Below, piece by piece: positions 42,990 to 44,596 of a stretch of DNA of 44,596 bases. Origin of the DNA: Trichomonas gallinae. Lineage: Eukaryota. The stretch lies in contig MRSU01000866.1 in NCBI GenBank assembly GCA_008369845.1, positions 1 through 44,596 on the forward strand. Direction: 5' to 3'. The position numbers and the translations under genes were made by a program. The notes under the pieces are model-generated. The model was given only the letters and a program-made list of their open reading frames with translations, did no database searches and was not told the origin of the DNA. The first letter of the stretch is position 1. The number at the start of each line of letters is the position of its first letter.

Positions 42990-43254
42990 AAATCCAATGA
43001 AAAGCTTTATTTCCTGTTTATTTTTCTGTTTGTTAAATATTTTTATTTCATATTTGACTTATTATCGATTTTAACAATCAATGCTTTCAGCAGTCTCGAT
43101 ACACATTTTTCATATACTATACAATAAATTTCAAAATAGATTATAATTACATTCGAAATAATTAAGTATTATACTGAAACAACAATGTAATATATAATTA
43201 TGTTGATTACATAGTAATTAAGCATCATAATGAACCATTGAAATTGTATAAAAT

Positions 43255-43482
43255 AAAGAATTCAAAATATTATCAATTTTGATTATATAACTATTAGAGT
43301 ATGAAAAATATGGCTATGCAAAAATTAAATATCATTATAAAAATCGTCAAAGTTGAATAATATAATGAATTTTAAAAATTATCAATTTTAATTATATTAC
43401 TATAGCAATAATAAATCAAATAGGTGTATATAAACTAAATATCATTATAAAAATCGTCAAATTTGAATAAAATTATGAATTC
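43255..43482. repeat. Degenerate tandem duplication of about 110 bp
   Basis: TAAATATCATTATAAAAATCGTCAAA at 43326 and 43436; ATTATCAATTTT at 43269 and 43378. Confidence 0.85.
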
Positions 43483-43653
43483 AATTTGATAATTGCGTAT
43501 TAAGCAAAAATTTCTCGATATCAATTATTTTTATGCAATAAAAAGCACGAAAATGCCAAAATTTAATATGCTTCACTTGGCTATTCGGGAAAAAACAAAC
43601 GGCCACAATGATAAGAAAATTGAAGGGGTCTGTTCAGTTTAATAAAAAGTGAA

Positions 43654-44169
43654 ATGGAAAGCTTAAATTCCTATGGTGTCCCAAAGGCCGAATTTATTGA
43701 CGATATTAAGGCCAAAGCTCCAAAGCCAGAGGATGCTGAACGCCTTTATCGCGAAAAAACAGAACTTATGCAGAAGTATCGTATGCTCGAAAGTCATTTT
43801 CTCGAAAAACAACAACAACTCAAAAGATCGCGCCCAGGTGTTGCAGAAAATCTTAGTGCTATCAAGAAACTTGAGGCAATGGCTGATAAGGGCGACTGCA
43901 AGACTCATTTCCAGCTTGCTGATAGTTTATACAGCACAGCAACAATTAACAGCGAAAGTACAGTTTGTCTTTGGCTTGGTGCTAATATTATGGTCGAATA
44001 TCCATTCTCCGAAGCTAAGGATCTTTTAACAGAGAATCTTGCAGCTCTCGATAAACAAATTGATGATATTGGTAAGAACCTCATCTTCTTACGTGATCAG
44101 ATTATCACAACAGAAGTTACATTGTCTCGTATTGTTAACCACTTGATCCAGCTTAACAAGAAGAAATAA
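43654..44169 (+). CDS. PFDN3: Prefoldin subunit 3 (VBP1)
   Basis: GVPKAEFIDD, KYRMLE, FQLADSLYS.A, VCLWLGANIMVEY..EA, FLRDQIITTEV..SR..N. Confidence 0.95.
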   Translation: MESLNSYGVPKAEFIDDIKAKAPKPEDAERLYREKTELMQKYRMLESHFLEKQQQLKRSRPGVAENLSAIKKLEAMADKGDCKTHFQLADSLYSTATINSESTVCLWLGANIMVEYPFSEAKDLLTENLAALDKQIDDIGKNLIFLRDQIITTEVTLSRIVNHLIQLNKKK

Positions 44170-44502
44170 ATGATCTTTATTTAGGATATTATTATATGAA
44201 CCCCGTTTTATTACGAAATAAAAAGTATACAATTGCTTTAAGTTTAAATATTTTGGCCAGGTGAAATGGTGCAAAAATCAACAACACAGCCAAATTCTAT
44301 TGACATATCCAATGAACTGGCTGAATATATGATATTGCACCACTTCTAATAGCAAATAGACAAAATTATATTGCAAAAATAATTTTATTCGATTATCAAT
44401 GTCCATCACTCTACAATTTAAATACAATCTCGTAATGAATCTATTTCATGCATCTAAAACTCTGTATTTTAAAAAATAAAATAATAAATTTATAATTTTG
44501 AT

Positions 44503-44595
44503 TTACAAAACAAAATAAAAGGTACTCCAGCTGACTTCTGACGCTCCATTGGCAGCGAAACTTTGGATATAGGTAGACCATATCATAGAGGATCT
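44503..44595 (-). CDS. Probable 3' end of a gene starting beyond the window
   Basis: The only minus-strand frame open from the window edge (RSSMIWSTYIQSFAANGASEVSWSTFYFVL*); GC rises and the stop forms TAAA. Confidence 0.4.
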   Translation of the reverse strand, partial: RSSMIWSTYIQSFAANGASEVSWSTFYFVL

Positions 44596-44596
44596 A

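Noticed and set aside
32082..44169. Cytoskeleton/flagellum gene cluster (SHIPPO, DZIP1-like, prefoldin 3)
   Set aside because: Interspersed with unrelated genes on both strands, no shared upstream motif seen, and such genes are common in flagellates

Overview
AT-rich, apparently intron-less eukaryotic DNA with compact single-exon genes, very short 5' UTRs carrying TCAYW initiator (Inr) and AAAGTGAC core-promoter motifs, and TAAA poly(A) signals overlapping stop codons. With the gene families present (initiator-binding-domain protein, DUF3447-ankyrin, BspA-type LRR, R2R3 Mybs, papain-family protease) this points to a trichomonad (Trichomonas vaginalis or a close relative); that assignment is inferred. 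About 21 intact genes are supported: IBD protein, GT-A-like glycosyltransferase, Cwf19-like, Uso1/p115-like, HELQ-like helicase, BuGZ/ZNF207-like, two ankyrin proteins, divergent 14-3-3, two Mybs, 26/29-kDa-type C1A protease, F-BAR/SH3, MAPK with SEY loop, SHIPPO/ODF3, PP2A-A-like HEAT protein, a kinase, a B-box/TLDc protein, DZIP1-like, prefoldin 3 and one orphan. The first kilobase holds candidate non-autonomous DNA transposon ends (TTAA-flanked Kolobok-like and TAGGG-terminated hAT-like). Several intergenic stretches look like decayed genes, and several promoters are built from repeated motifs. The most notable candidate is the 673-aa protein at 38735-40756, which appears to fuse a catalytically dead PARP/ART-like fold to B-box/B-box/coiled-coil and TLDc domains, behind a 38-bp tandem repeat promoter. 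No rRNA, tRNA or CRISPR array was seen. All domain calls are by eye from motifs; no searches were run.
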